A stretch of DNA of 64,000 nt from an uncultured Candidatus Poseidoniales archaeon (lineage in GTDB: Archaea; Thermoplasmatota; Poseidoniia; Poseidoniales; Poseidoniaceae): assembly GCA_964577145.1 (NCBI GenBank), contig CAZNXM010000003.1:6186-70185 (forward strand), in the 5' to 3' direction. Made by a program: the position numbers and the translations under genes. Positions 19,901 through 26,249 of this stretch are shown here, piece after piece. Position 1 is the stretch's first letter, and each line of letters starts with the position of its first letter. The notes under the pieces are model-generated. The model did no database searches. It was not told the DNA's origin and saw nothing but the letters and a program-made list of their open reading frames with translations.

Positions 19901-20411
19901 CTTGACAATTGTCGCCGATTCTGAAGGTGCTGTAGAGCAGTTGTCGACCGGTACTGAAGTGAAGGTTGCAGTTGCGACCTTGAGTTTCGTACAGGGACAA
20001 GAGAGATCAGATATTGAAGCAAATGAGGCTGGTGTTATTTCCATCATGGTAGAGAACACAGGATTCCTAACTGCAACTGATGTCATCGTGTATCTCGAAG
20101 GAACCCATGGAACTGATTATCCAGCCGAACAGGTGACGATTACTGTTCCAGCAGAGGGAGTTGCTACAGCAGTATTCGACCACGATGGATTTGTTCCAGG
20201 ACCTCAGAGATTCAAGACGTACATGACCATTATTGGAACTCCTGTTGACAGTACTGGACCTGACCATGAGGACACATTCGAGATTGAATTCTACAATGTT
20301 GCCGATGAGGAAAAGGGTGGCGGAGTTATCTATGTTGTAGCAGTTCTAGGAGCCCTCGTACTCTTCGGCGGATACAAGACTGCTCGCAAGGGTTCCAAGG
20401 CTCGCTTCTGA
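10929..20411 (+). CDS. aglB: Giant oligosaccharyltransferase AglB/STT3 fusion. N-terminal ~350-aa extra polytopic domain, STT3 core (EL1 DPWY...D.D at aa ~404, WWDYG at aa 954-958), ~2200-aa extracellular C-terminal region of repeated CarboxypepD_reg-like (TDENG) and Ig-like domains, and a C-terminal TM helix.
   Basis: Single uninterrupted 3160-aa ORF. FVSWWDYGFQ at nt 13788-13802. SDPWYMKRVVDYIIVENAHLIFDADRNYPVGGINPRPPLF first loop. Repeated IVTDENGSF / VTTDENGTF / ITDENGVW motifs. C-terminal GGGVIYVVAVLGALVLFGGYKTARKGSKARF. Confidence 0.75.
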   Translation: MSNNNGNQNGVPNGMLGWLIAPLAVLVAIAANLIGDFGLNLDLDGMTPFVAIIVAAILGTAPRTIREKADITLPTQYISLLVLIVAIVASEGAAMLSGSNLVGLLFFITMFAGHILDTRGRHEWNTVMVFTIVGLLFALIAAGDYASTGATYVLDGQEIERTSAWQEAIGFVFFNMLTLMVVLGFLAAVLTRGVLTPESEDGWFGYIPSFDGYYNKKTLPLQLALLVWAASHAAVLWYFFGSGDLNILAIYTDDAYTGYVGYWPALLTGVFALIVSWMCAERWFTRAMFIGSMWILYVVSSLYEQGHWTNENFERSWAVWIWFGITFAIGVVIYWFSTHESYGGWMIRELHEPSAARVFWSNHWAGIMTVAAFLTALAIRIQWYAVPSMNSYGIDSWDMTGGSDPWYMKRVVDYIIVENAHLIFDADRNYPVGGINPRPPLFTWSIALVGMIIAPLANVSTEEGVWWSILALPAIFGALTVFPMAAMTRDNFGKGAGVIAAWLIAFMPTHVQKSTWGMADHDSFVMLFMVAAFMFYLRAVKLGGDERLVRNVNASIPSMLNAMGAVLRQRRAASGNAIASGVCFAIVALGWKGFVYGPAILFLAYSAQVAMNMFRRRDSTILSTLNILMLGTIFLMVIPFYGHPQLDLVLNATGLQPMVFIGGFTVAITWITTGFRDKPWLLVLGSLFFGLGAFLGLLYLLQSMDISNAWNVLTTGSGYFSKDKIFGTIAEASAPSRGQLFASYGPIVFVLAIIMGFLALWDGFVKKNSTHLVLGMWVLVASYMAWSAGRFLFNAAPAMAIMGSWGIVALWRASGAGKMSKEWRRMGIRTPGERISNARRAVWRTPQFSAIGLILVLLVSQHATYGLDAAIPGSSRHEGNMDETLYNVIPDIMRWNDMGFSLLDDSEYDQDTGRWYLGSFGSGFNDQGWNMAYDWLDEQDQEMAYSDRPAFVSWWDYGFQALETGSHPSVSDNFQSGIPATGNMLLARNQDDLVAMFVWRLSEGDLKYSGDGEHTGSFESTLKSHLSTAEVNEFIAIQTDLDSEMVKARSFEVVQTNQEVTMAAGTVLSEGLLTNGDTVWKIYDSGDLVPCESTEESPDDCLGEAFTDFSDANTTFNSRIRSTKDTLFETTHYIFGDYWYTSDLIEEFDSVSTSIHRKNSGIALVTQLLIGTLDSSELNDLYVDLMDNSVYSVQNYEGAPGETITRDHEIRYFAVDNRLYPRAGKYSSDYTGGNPSGIFAAPTILSGQDFSTFMIETYETRRGEFSDEMSREEFETEMQKDAINQQSGAQIDPLQLVDIRIDHTSDFFETMLARAYVGYGASDLGFATNEQPGQHFGQSGTPETMMANALPLPGAMMNHFVIANWYDANDADNTISQANTLVKILKYYPGAEIGGTVTMSDDGQPLGDVRILIERDAFSGEDNTDLDSDTYWIPIGYTDADENGEWSYTVPAGRIRVSAYAGEYDDTAAKDVFRSGEYTETLADFLTDANDDRDTNLITSLLGKVANMTWMGESTNNISGPVANRDSEFTGSYDIEVDSSGVSGTVLWSGHESFNDLPLDNTTFILRSIWALTDNYTLETTSGSFSSETSRIMQGTGEVTFVDDGRFESEGMAIVRDFTGTFARDIADERSYTSNGSWTGAGHIVATWINMTAADCLVEENETVLPSYVDEDNHTIYDTICLTDEENTYFFAGTVSANGRMTADGTVSLVKNLDDETFEGAGIFLGEGTANGTGLFIGAGDFSGDMVKPGSFFMTGLIPGTYNMIAHLDNGKEVLLPEPLIVDVKPTFDIQMTLPGSIFEDILYDGTGERLNDTIIELVDMGLGEESVVTIVTDENGSFSHGPLAKGDYMWRVDVDQDGWYEREVPLTVGDESANLTLEVSIPTKRDLTIQLEAVDPLDPLNPLIDVTNRTLVFTNILSTDANPYVTNATSDENGVVYIEIDRGEWIVSDESDEQFVLWDEINVNTDDLNLTMSYAESVWVNGTVYAVPENIVESVGGVENMTDEMLSNHVASNVLTVEARSGSIMLSDVTDMNGTYSLRLPGSRVFHITADAYINSESYNGGHLLLDASNGVPAIFLHETTVVRGSVWLNEAGDNGTSWGEGVPGSEGAEVIATNSEGLEWRVELTEIGDFTISLQQDNWTFTISNEDMNVAPLDIEILEETPAPLELIADPNPVNLTFHVFVDTNDDRVWENGTHVQLEFSLIPVSDFGTQYNVTAANYNTETNELNITLDVGEYSIVMPQISPRDENATDYILNGDFPPGLDLGLAGSGDPVPIILDAAWLTTGTVLEDDGVTPMDNSSFWLRSVDDEEFHMVTTDENGTFADYLPQGEWVVEVAPYESSSNVTEIYRGMITLDENSSVRTDLQFMTRPALVIDMQLQEVLTGVNITATRVTAVSQDGLGNVSLGPSDNSGMITEVLMPGAWTLSLNKSNSIEQWMLDEGVYNFDTSTAVNGTWDLGIVEVEKLVSIGGKVFWDLDADDIADSSEGIADVNVTILGGSVNETLITDENGVWKMFVPIRTNYTIDVYKDGFAGATYMEGNESMYVVNDTHESRDIELVAGVVSVSGTVTDIAPQGRLENASVTLYPVIGIERDSVVAQTSFDNGTLTWTASTAPGDWVVVVTGTDITDNGGGVAVGLLQASVQDGATLDLVMSYGGRMIIDSSWSSFDNIVEYNAGDLDETVRVEIDLSEGIEWYIDFDENGEFDIILPTGTVQLISEFTNIQHEMGLEMEYNAARNIDNQVGLDSKTLEFTRRTNSDMEIGLASIESGATAGEGNLELNSITNDENGYEQIEVTLSMDYDGTEVTDIFTVSGGVSGAQDQDLWVVEFYNASSEEWETTIDVSMGVGTNSTDEANILNETVLARFTLPLQNESNSYDDGHSLNIRMVSDQGGLSEIGFSVFVEQQYQITLSDSPEAIGVADGGETLVTVDLFNEGNGDDSIEISASLEEECIDWQVTPANSTITIASGNGRTQSFTVHAPDNATVTSCDLTIVADSEGAVEQLSTGTEVKVAVATLSFVQGQERSDIEANEAGVISIMVENTGFLTATDVIVYLEGTHGTDYPAEQVTITVPAEGVATAVFDHDGFVPGPQRFKTYMTIIGTPVDSTGPDHEDTFEIEFYNVADEEKGGGVIYVVAVLGALVLFGGYKTARKGSKARF

Positions 20412-20502
20412 AGCGAACAGAATTTCGATCGGTGCTTTGGCATCACGGTATGGTTCAGCGTAGAGCATACATGTTCAAGCGTATCCAGCAAGACCCACAA
20501 CC

Positions 20503-21723
20503 ATGTGGGAGGAGCGTGAGCTTGAGGGTATCGAGTTTATTCCCGAGCCCTCCGATTCCAGAATCCTCTCTGCAGCAGATAGTACGACGATTGGTCATCA
20601 AGAAGGGTGGCGCGCGGAAGTTCTGGGTTGGGCACCTGACCCAGTCCATGTTATTCCACGGCGCTCTAGGGCCTCTCAAAGAATTGCCAATGTTGGAATC
20701 ATGCTCCTAATGCTACTAGTTGTATGGGGAATGTGGAATTCACAATTCCTCTACCTTGAGGTTCCACCTCCTACTTCGGAATGGGCTTTTGAGGACACGG
20801 GAATAAGAGATTTACAGGAATCAGGTCTCGACGGTGCTGGAATTCGTGTATGCATGGTTGATACAGGAATCGATGCAACCCATCCCGATTTTGCTGACGC
20901 AGATATCGTGTTCAAGGATTTCTTGACGGGTAGTACAGAGCCAATAGACCATGGAGGGCTTGCTCATGGAACTATGATGGCAGGGATTTTGATTGCAGAC
21001 GGCCACATGAAAGGTGCAGCCCCTGGTGCGACCATAGGGATGGCAGCAGCACTCGGTGACGATGGCGATGGAAGCAATAGTGGCGAAGAAACACTTGTTG
21101 CCGATGCCATTGAATGGTGTTGGCGCGAATTTAATGCAGACATCATTTCGTTATCCTTAGGTGGGGTAAATGACCCAAATGCTAGTCGCGAGGGGCCTAC
21201 TACAAGTGCGGTAAGGCAGGCGATAGACCAAGGCGTGTTCATAGTTGCAGCTGCTGGAAATGATGGTGGAGTTGATGATGATGGGCGAGTAGCTTCACCA
21301 TCAAACGTAAGGGAGGCAATATCCGTTGGTGCATTACTAGAAGATGGCTCGCTTTGGGAAGGCTCGTCAAAAGGTTCACAAATAGATGATGAAAATAATT
21401 TGAGAACAGATCCACATCTGAAACCTGAAGTTTCCGCTCCAGGCTATGACATCATTTCCACGGGTCCAAATGGATTGTATTATACTTCTACTGGAACATC
21501 TGATTCTACGGTTTTTGTTGCTGGAGCCTTGGCTTTGATTCTCGAAGCCGAGCCAACTTTGAAACAAGCAGGTCCAGATTGTATGGAGATGGTAAAACAA
21601 GCATTGCAAACCTCCTCAACCCCGCTCGAAAACGGAGTTTCGCATGATGAATATTGGGGATATGGTGCTCTCAATGCTAATATTTGGCTCGAAGAAATCA
21701 GGTCTGAAGGCGCGTGTGTCTGA
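20503..21723 (+). CDS. Subtilisin-like serine protease (S8) with an N-terminal signal anchor.
   Basis: Catalytic D (VCMVDTGID), H (HGTMMAG) and S (GTSDSTVFVAGALALI) motifs, plus the hydrophobic N-terminal segment IMLLMLLVVWGMW. Confidence 0.85.
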   Translation: MWEERELEGIEFIPEPSDSRILSAADSTTIGHQEGWRAEVLGWAPDPVHVIPRRSRASQRIANVGIMLLMLLVVWGMWNSQFLYLEVPPPTSEWAFEDTGIRDLQESGLDGAGIRVCMVDTGIDATHPDFADADIVFKDFLTGSTEPIDHGGLAHGTMMAGILIADGHMKGAAPGATIGMAAALGDDGDGSNSGEETLVADAIEWCWREFNADIISLSLGGVNDPNASREGPTTSAVRQAIDQGVFIVAAAGNDGGVDDDGRVASPSNVREAISVGALLEDGSLWEGSSKGSQIDDENNLRTDPHLKPEVSAPGYDIISTGPNGLYYTSTGTSDSTVFVAGALALILEAEPTLKQAGPDCMEMVKQALQTSSTPLENGVSHDEYWGYGALNANIWLEEIRSEGACV

Positions 21724-21935
21724 GGTAAACGCTATACTGCTAGCAATATTACCAATATTACAGGATTTGACATTTATCGAGTAATTTGATATTATTATAT
21801 TTTTAATCAAAATAAAATTTATTTTTCGCATTTCGAGCAAGTGATACAATTAACTAATTTTGATACTATCCAATTGGAATTTAAACGAATCAGTTAAGGT
21901 GGACCTTGAATTCCCGAAGTTAGAGAGGGATTCAT
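21724..21935 (+). promoter_or_regulatory. Strongly AT-rich ~210-nt intergenic region upstream of the 1424-aa gene. Probable promoter (TATA-like ttatatttttaa) and 5' UTR.
   Basis: The local composition is much more AT-rich than the surrounding coding sequence. No ORF. Confidence 0.35.
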
Positions 21936-24900
21936 TTGGACAATACCAAGGCCCGTTACAGCATAGCAATGACCAGCATCTTTCTGATGTCTATCTTCGC
22001 AGGAATTGCGATGATTCCATCAGCTTCTGCGGTAAATGAAACCACTTCGGGTACTATCACTGGTACAGAAACTTGGACTGGAGTGATGAATATGGATGGC
22101 GATATTCTCGTCGCCGGTGGAGCCAAATTGATTATCAATGCAGGAACAACCATCAATATTCCAGCAAATAGAAGCATTCACATTCAAGGTTCTATTTGTG
22201 CAGGTGATACTTCATGTGGGGCTACACAGGGAAGTACCGGGTCTCCGGTACGCTTTATTTGGGGTGCTGCTGCTAGTGGACCTGCAAACCAGTCGCGCTG
22301 CTATGTAACAGGAATTTGGAACCCAGACCTCTCATGTGGTTCCGGTATCTACCTTGATTCTACGATAGATCAATCTCTTACTAAATTGAATCATGTTACT
22401 CTCGATGGTGCGTTTGGGATTCCTATTGACATCGATGGTCAAGGGAATTACAAGTACGGTGCATTGATTTTTGATGGCGCTAGTGTACAAACTTCCAATC
22501 TAAATTTCAAGGATATCAACACAACAAATGTACTCGTATTTTCGGGTGCTGCTCCAAAGATTGACGGCAGCACATTTGTCGTTGGTGCCGATGAAAATGG
22601 TTACCACGGTGCTGCGATTCAAGCATATGGTGCTGGTGCAGGATTAGTCACCATGGATGTCACAAATTCTGCATTCACCGGTGCTGAAACCGATTGTGGA
22701 AGCCAGGGTGGTGGGCGCTCAGCTATCTATCTGGAAAATTCGTTCGTGAACATGGACACAATTTCGATTACTCAGAATTCTTATGGTGCTTTCTTACGAA
22801 GCAGTAGTGGTTGGTTGACAAATTCGAATATCGCTACCAAGTGCAATGCGATTGACACGAATTCACACCTTGTTACCAACGAGTTTCGTCACACCTTCGT
22901 GATCAGTGATAACACAATCACTCCTGCTGAAGGCGCAGGTATTACCGCATATGACGGTGCGATTGTATTGGCAGAGCGAAACACTATTTCAGGTGCTTCT
23001 GAAGGTTCAGGCTTTGGAATTCGCTCGTCTGAGGTTGTTATCAACAACAACGTAATTGGTCCTATCGAAGGATGGAATGGCCTGTGGATTTATGGTGAGT
23101 CAGATGTTTCTGCTGAGAATAACACAATTCTCAACACCGGTAGGGAAGCAGTTCTACTCGGTGAATATCACTACAACGACCAAGGTTGGAATGTCCCAGC
23201 GCCATCTAAGGCTCGATTGTATTTCGCAAACAATGTTGTTTCCAACAATACGGGAACATGCAACTCCGAATGGATGTATGGTGGCGATTTCCCTTGCCCT
23301 GCTTTCCATCTATTCATGACTTCTGCAACATTTATCGATAATACCGTGACTAATAATCTCGGAGATGGATTCAGAGTTAAGGGCGGAATTATTAACGCAC
23401 AAGGCAATGATATCGAGGTCGGTGGATTTGCTGCAAACATCTCACTATATGATGATAAGTATGGCAACAAGTATGGAAGTATTGGCTACTTTGCAGAAAA
23501 TACCTATACTAACGCTAGTCAGATTTACAATGTAACCGAGTCGAGAGTTGCAGTCCAATCGGAATACATGCCAGACCCAGGTGCAGGAGAGCAATATCCA
23601 GTTCAGTTGGCATGGTTAGGTGCAGAATGTCCGTGGGCAAATGATGAATGTCTACAAACGCCAACAACTGCTGACATGCCGCCGAGATTTATGCCACTTT
23701 CAATGGAATTGAATGTCAATGCAACAACTTTCACTTTCGCAGATGTACTGAACTTTGATCGCTCAAAGATTCACATTCAGAACCAAAACACTGCTTGGGG
23801 TGTACAAGTCGAACAAGGAGAATTAGTTCGCTATCAAGTAAAGGCAGACAATTCTCAGGTAGCAGACGCCCTTGTCAAAATCAAGGATGCAAATGGCAAG
23901 CCCCTGTACAATATGTCCACAGATGCATATGGATTCACTCAATGGGTAACTCTCCCATCCAACTTCCATATTGATACAAATTGGAATCATCTTGCAAATG
24001 ATCCTGGTGAGGATTCATGTGGTGACGGAAGTGACAATGATGGAGACACATTGGTCGATGGTCAAGACCCTGATTGCCAAACTGGAAGGGAAATGCCATT
24101 GTACAGTGTTTCCGCAAGCAAATTTGGCAAAGGCACATCGGACCACGATTTCACTTTGACTGGAATGGTCGATGAGACAATTCATCTAAGCAATACTGCA
24201 CCTTCGATTTCTATCGACCAAAACGATGGAACATCATTCCCTCGAACTGTTAGTTTGAGCGGTAGTGCACACGATGGAATTTCTGGACCATATTTCAATG
24301 ATTATGATTCATATGTCAAGCAATTTGGATTAGTGAAGCGTGTCGAGATTCAGCCGCATGGCAGTTCGGATTGGTACCTTGCAACCGATACTTCGAATGC
24401 AGATGGTGAAGTTACAGCACAGAATTGGCCTTTCAAGTCTTGGAGTTTTGACTGGGATATGTCCAATCACTTTGAGGAGGATGTTACATTCAGAGTAAAA
24501 TCCTTTGATGGTATCGAAGATTCCATTGTAACAACTAGAGTTTTCAAACTCAACATTAATCCTCCAAATCTTGTGTTGGAGTCACCGATTGATGGTTCTA
24601 CTCACAGTGGTTCTGATATTCTGTTCAGTGGCACCGCAAGCGATGACTATCAGGGAGTTTGGGGAAGCGATATCAGGGACATCTGGTTCCAGGTTGAAGG
24701 TCCAAACAATTACTCTGCTAACTACCCAGCTGGAATGGGTGGTTCAAGCGTGTGGAGCGACAAATGGAATTTCTCATCATTGCCTTCTGGTGATTATACA
24801 TTCACCGTGTGGGCTAGTGATTCAAATTATTGTCATGAGGAAGTTGACGTCTGTACTGCAGATACAATCACAGTGACTGTTGATAATGACAATCGCCTTC

Positions 24901-26210
24901 CAATTGTCCAAGTAAGTGAGCCACTTCCTTTCGATAGTATTCGTGCCTCTGAAGACACAATTATCTCAGGAGTTGCCAGAGACAATGATGGTCAAGTTAC
25001 TCGAGTTGAGATTTCAATTGTCGATTTAGCAAGTGGAATTGAGTTACTTGATGGGCCCGACCCAATTACTAATTTCCAACCAAATGGTGCATGGGCAACA
25101 TATTGGGACACAAGTGATCTAGTTCATGACCAACAGTATGAAATTCATGTAAAGGCATACGATGGTATTGATTATTCAATGATTGAAGTACTGAGAATTG
25201 TCATCGACAATCCATCCGATGCGAACAACATCGCTCCAACATTTTCTCCAGATGGCTGGATTAGCACAATCACAATCTTCTGTGATGAGAAATCGAATGC
25301 TTTCAATAAATGCGGGGTAGGTGCAAGTATTAACCTGCTAGATTTCTTTAATGATTCAGATGGAGTTGGTCCAGATACAAGCCACATGGTTTTCGATATT
25401 TACGACGATCCCTCGACACTAGTCGATGACGATTATGCGTACCACATCCAAATTGATGCTAAGGGTGTTGCAACTTACAACCCTATGAATTCAATGTCCT
25501 CTCACTCTTCTGAGATATCGGAATGGTCTCTCGTAAATGTGATGTTTGAGGCTCGTGATGCACATGATTCTCCAGCATATTCCTATACGATTAATTTCAT
25601 CGTTAAGGGTGTTGAATTTACTGCAGTTAGAGAAGATGCAGGTGCTCTTGTATTCGGTGATGATGCCGAGTTCAGCGGTACAGGTTTGCCGGGAAGTCAA
25701 GTCAAAGCTAGATTACTTTCTGGAAATCTATTACTAAACCAGACTACCGTCAAGGATGATGGAACATGGAATATGGCACTAACAGCTAGCCAATTAGGCG
25801 ATGATGGTGTGTACGATATTTACTTTGAGCAGGATGGTCAATACATCGGCAAAGGTGAAAAGAATGACAATTCAGAGTTCGCATTACAAAATGGATTGAC
25901 TGCAGCATCAGGTATTCCGGGATGGCTACTTGTTGTGTTCGTAGTAATCGGAATAGTAGTTCTTCTTGGTGTAGGTGCTTTCTTCTTCATTGAATTTGAA
26001 GAATTTGACGAAGACGAGGAAGGTTCTGACGAGCAACAAAAGGATGAGGACCCCTATGCATGGGCAAAGGTGAGAGCAGCCGAGCAAGCAGTTGCAGCAG
26101 CAGCACCTGCACCTCAACCTGCTGCCGAGCCTCAGCATCCTGGTTGGCTATGGGACACACAATCAAATCAGTGGGTTCCAGACCCCAATTACCAGCCACC
26201 ACAGCAGTAA
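21936..26210 (+). CDS. Giant secreted surface protein: signal peptide, right-handed parallel beta-helix (PbH1) repeats, Ig-like domains, C-terminal TM and an acidic/Pro-rich cytoplasmic tail.
   Basis: MDNTKARYSIAMTSIFLMSIFAGIAMIPSASA signal. NNT(I/L)xN / NNVxxNN repeats. C-terminal GWLLVVFVVIGIVVLLGVGAFFFI, then DEDEEGSDEQQKDEDP ... AAAPAPQPAAEPQHPGWLWDTQSNQW. Confidence 0.8.
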   Translation: MDNTKARYSIAMTSIFLMSIFAGIAMIPSASAVNETTSGTITGTETWTGVMNMDGDILVAGGAKLIINAGTTINIPANRSIHIQGSICAGDTSCGATQGSTGSPVRFIWGAAASGPANQSRCYVTGIWNPDLSCGSGIYLDSTIDQSLTKLNHVTLDGAFGIPIDIDGQGNYKYGALIFDGASVQTSNLNFKDINTTNVLVFSGAAPKIDGSTFVVGADENGYHGAAIQAYGAGAGLVTMDVTNSAFTGAETDCGSQGGGRSAIYLENSFVNMDTISITQNSYGAFLRSSSGWLTNSNIATKCNAIDTNSHLVTNEFRHTFVISDNTITPAEGAGITAYDGAIVLAERNTISGASEGSGFGIRSSEVVINNNVIGPIEGWNGLWIYGESDVSAENNTILNTGREAVLLGEYHYNDQGWNVPAPSKARLYFANNVVSNNTGTCNSEWMYGGDFPCPAFHLFMTSATFIDNTVTNNLGDGFRVKGGIINAQGNDIEVGGFAANISLYDDKYGNKYGSIGYFAENTYTNASQIYNVTESRVAVQSEYMPDPGAGEQYPVQLAWLGAECPWANDECLQTPTTADMPPRFMPLSMELNVNATTFTFADVLNFDRSKIHIQNQNTAWGVQVEQGELVRYQVKADNSQVADALVKIKDANGKPLYNMSTDAYGFTQWVTLPSNFHIDTNWNHLANDPGEDSCGDGSDNDGDTLVDGQDPDCQTGREMPLYSVSASKFGKGTSDHDFTLTGMVDETIHLSNTAPSISIDQNDGTSFPRTVSLSGSAHDGISGPYFNDYDSYVKQFGLVKRVEIQPHGSSDWYLATDTSNADGEVTAQNWPFKSWSFDWDMSNHFEEDVTFRVKSFDGIEDSIVTTRVFKLNINPPNLVLESPIDGSTHSGSDILFSGTASDDYQGVWGSDIRDIWFQVEGPNNYSANYPAGMGGSSVWSDKWNFSSLPSGDYTFTVWASDSNYCHEEVDVCTADTITVTVDNDNRLPIVQVSEPLPFDSIRASEDTIISGVARDNDGQVTRVEISIVDLASGIELLDGPDPITNFQPNGAWATYWDTSDLVHDQQYEIHVKAYDGIDYSMIEVLRIVIDNPSDANNIAPTFSPDGWISTITIFCDEKSNAFNKCGVGASINLLDFFNDSDGVGPDTSHMVFDIYDDPSTLVDDDYAYHIQIDAKGVATYNPMNSMSSHSSEISEWSLVNVMFEARDAHDSPAYSYTINFIVKGVEFTAVREDAGALVFGDDAEFSGTGLPGSQVKARLLSGNLLLNQTTVKDDGTWNMALTASQLGDDGVYDIYFEQDGQYIGKGEKNDNSEFALQNGLTAASGIPGWLLVVFVVIGIVVLLGVGAFFFIEFEEFDEDEEGSDEQQKDEDPYAWAKVRAAEQAVAAAAPAPQPAAEPQHPGWLWDTQSNQWVPDPNYQPPQQ

Positions 26211-26249
26211 TTGTCAACACAGACTACCATAACACTCTAAGAGGAACCA

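Noticed and set aside
20380-20411. C-terminus of the giant AglB as a PGF-CTERM/archaeosortase signal.
   Set aside because: No P-G-F tripeptide precedes the TM helix. The sequence is GGGVIYVVAVLGALVLFGGYKTARK, so only a generic C-terminal anchor.
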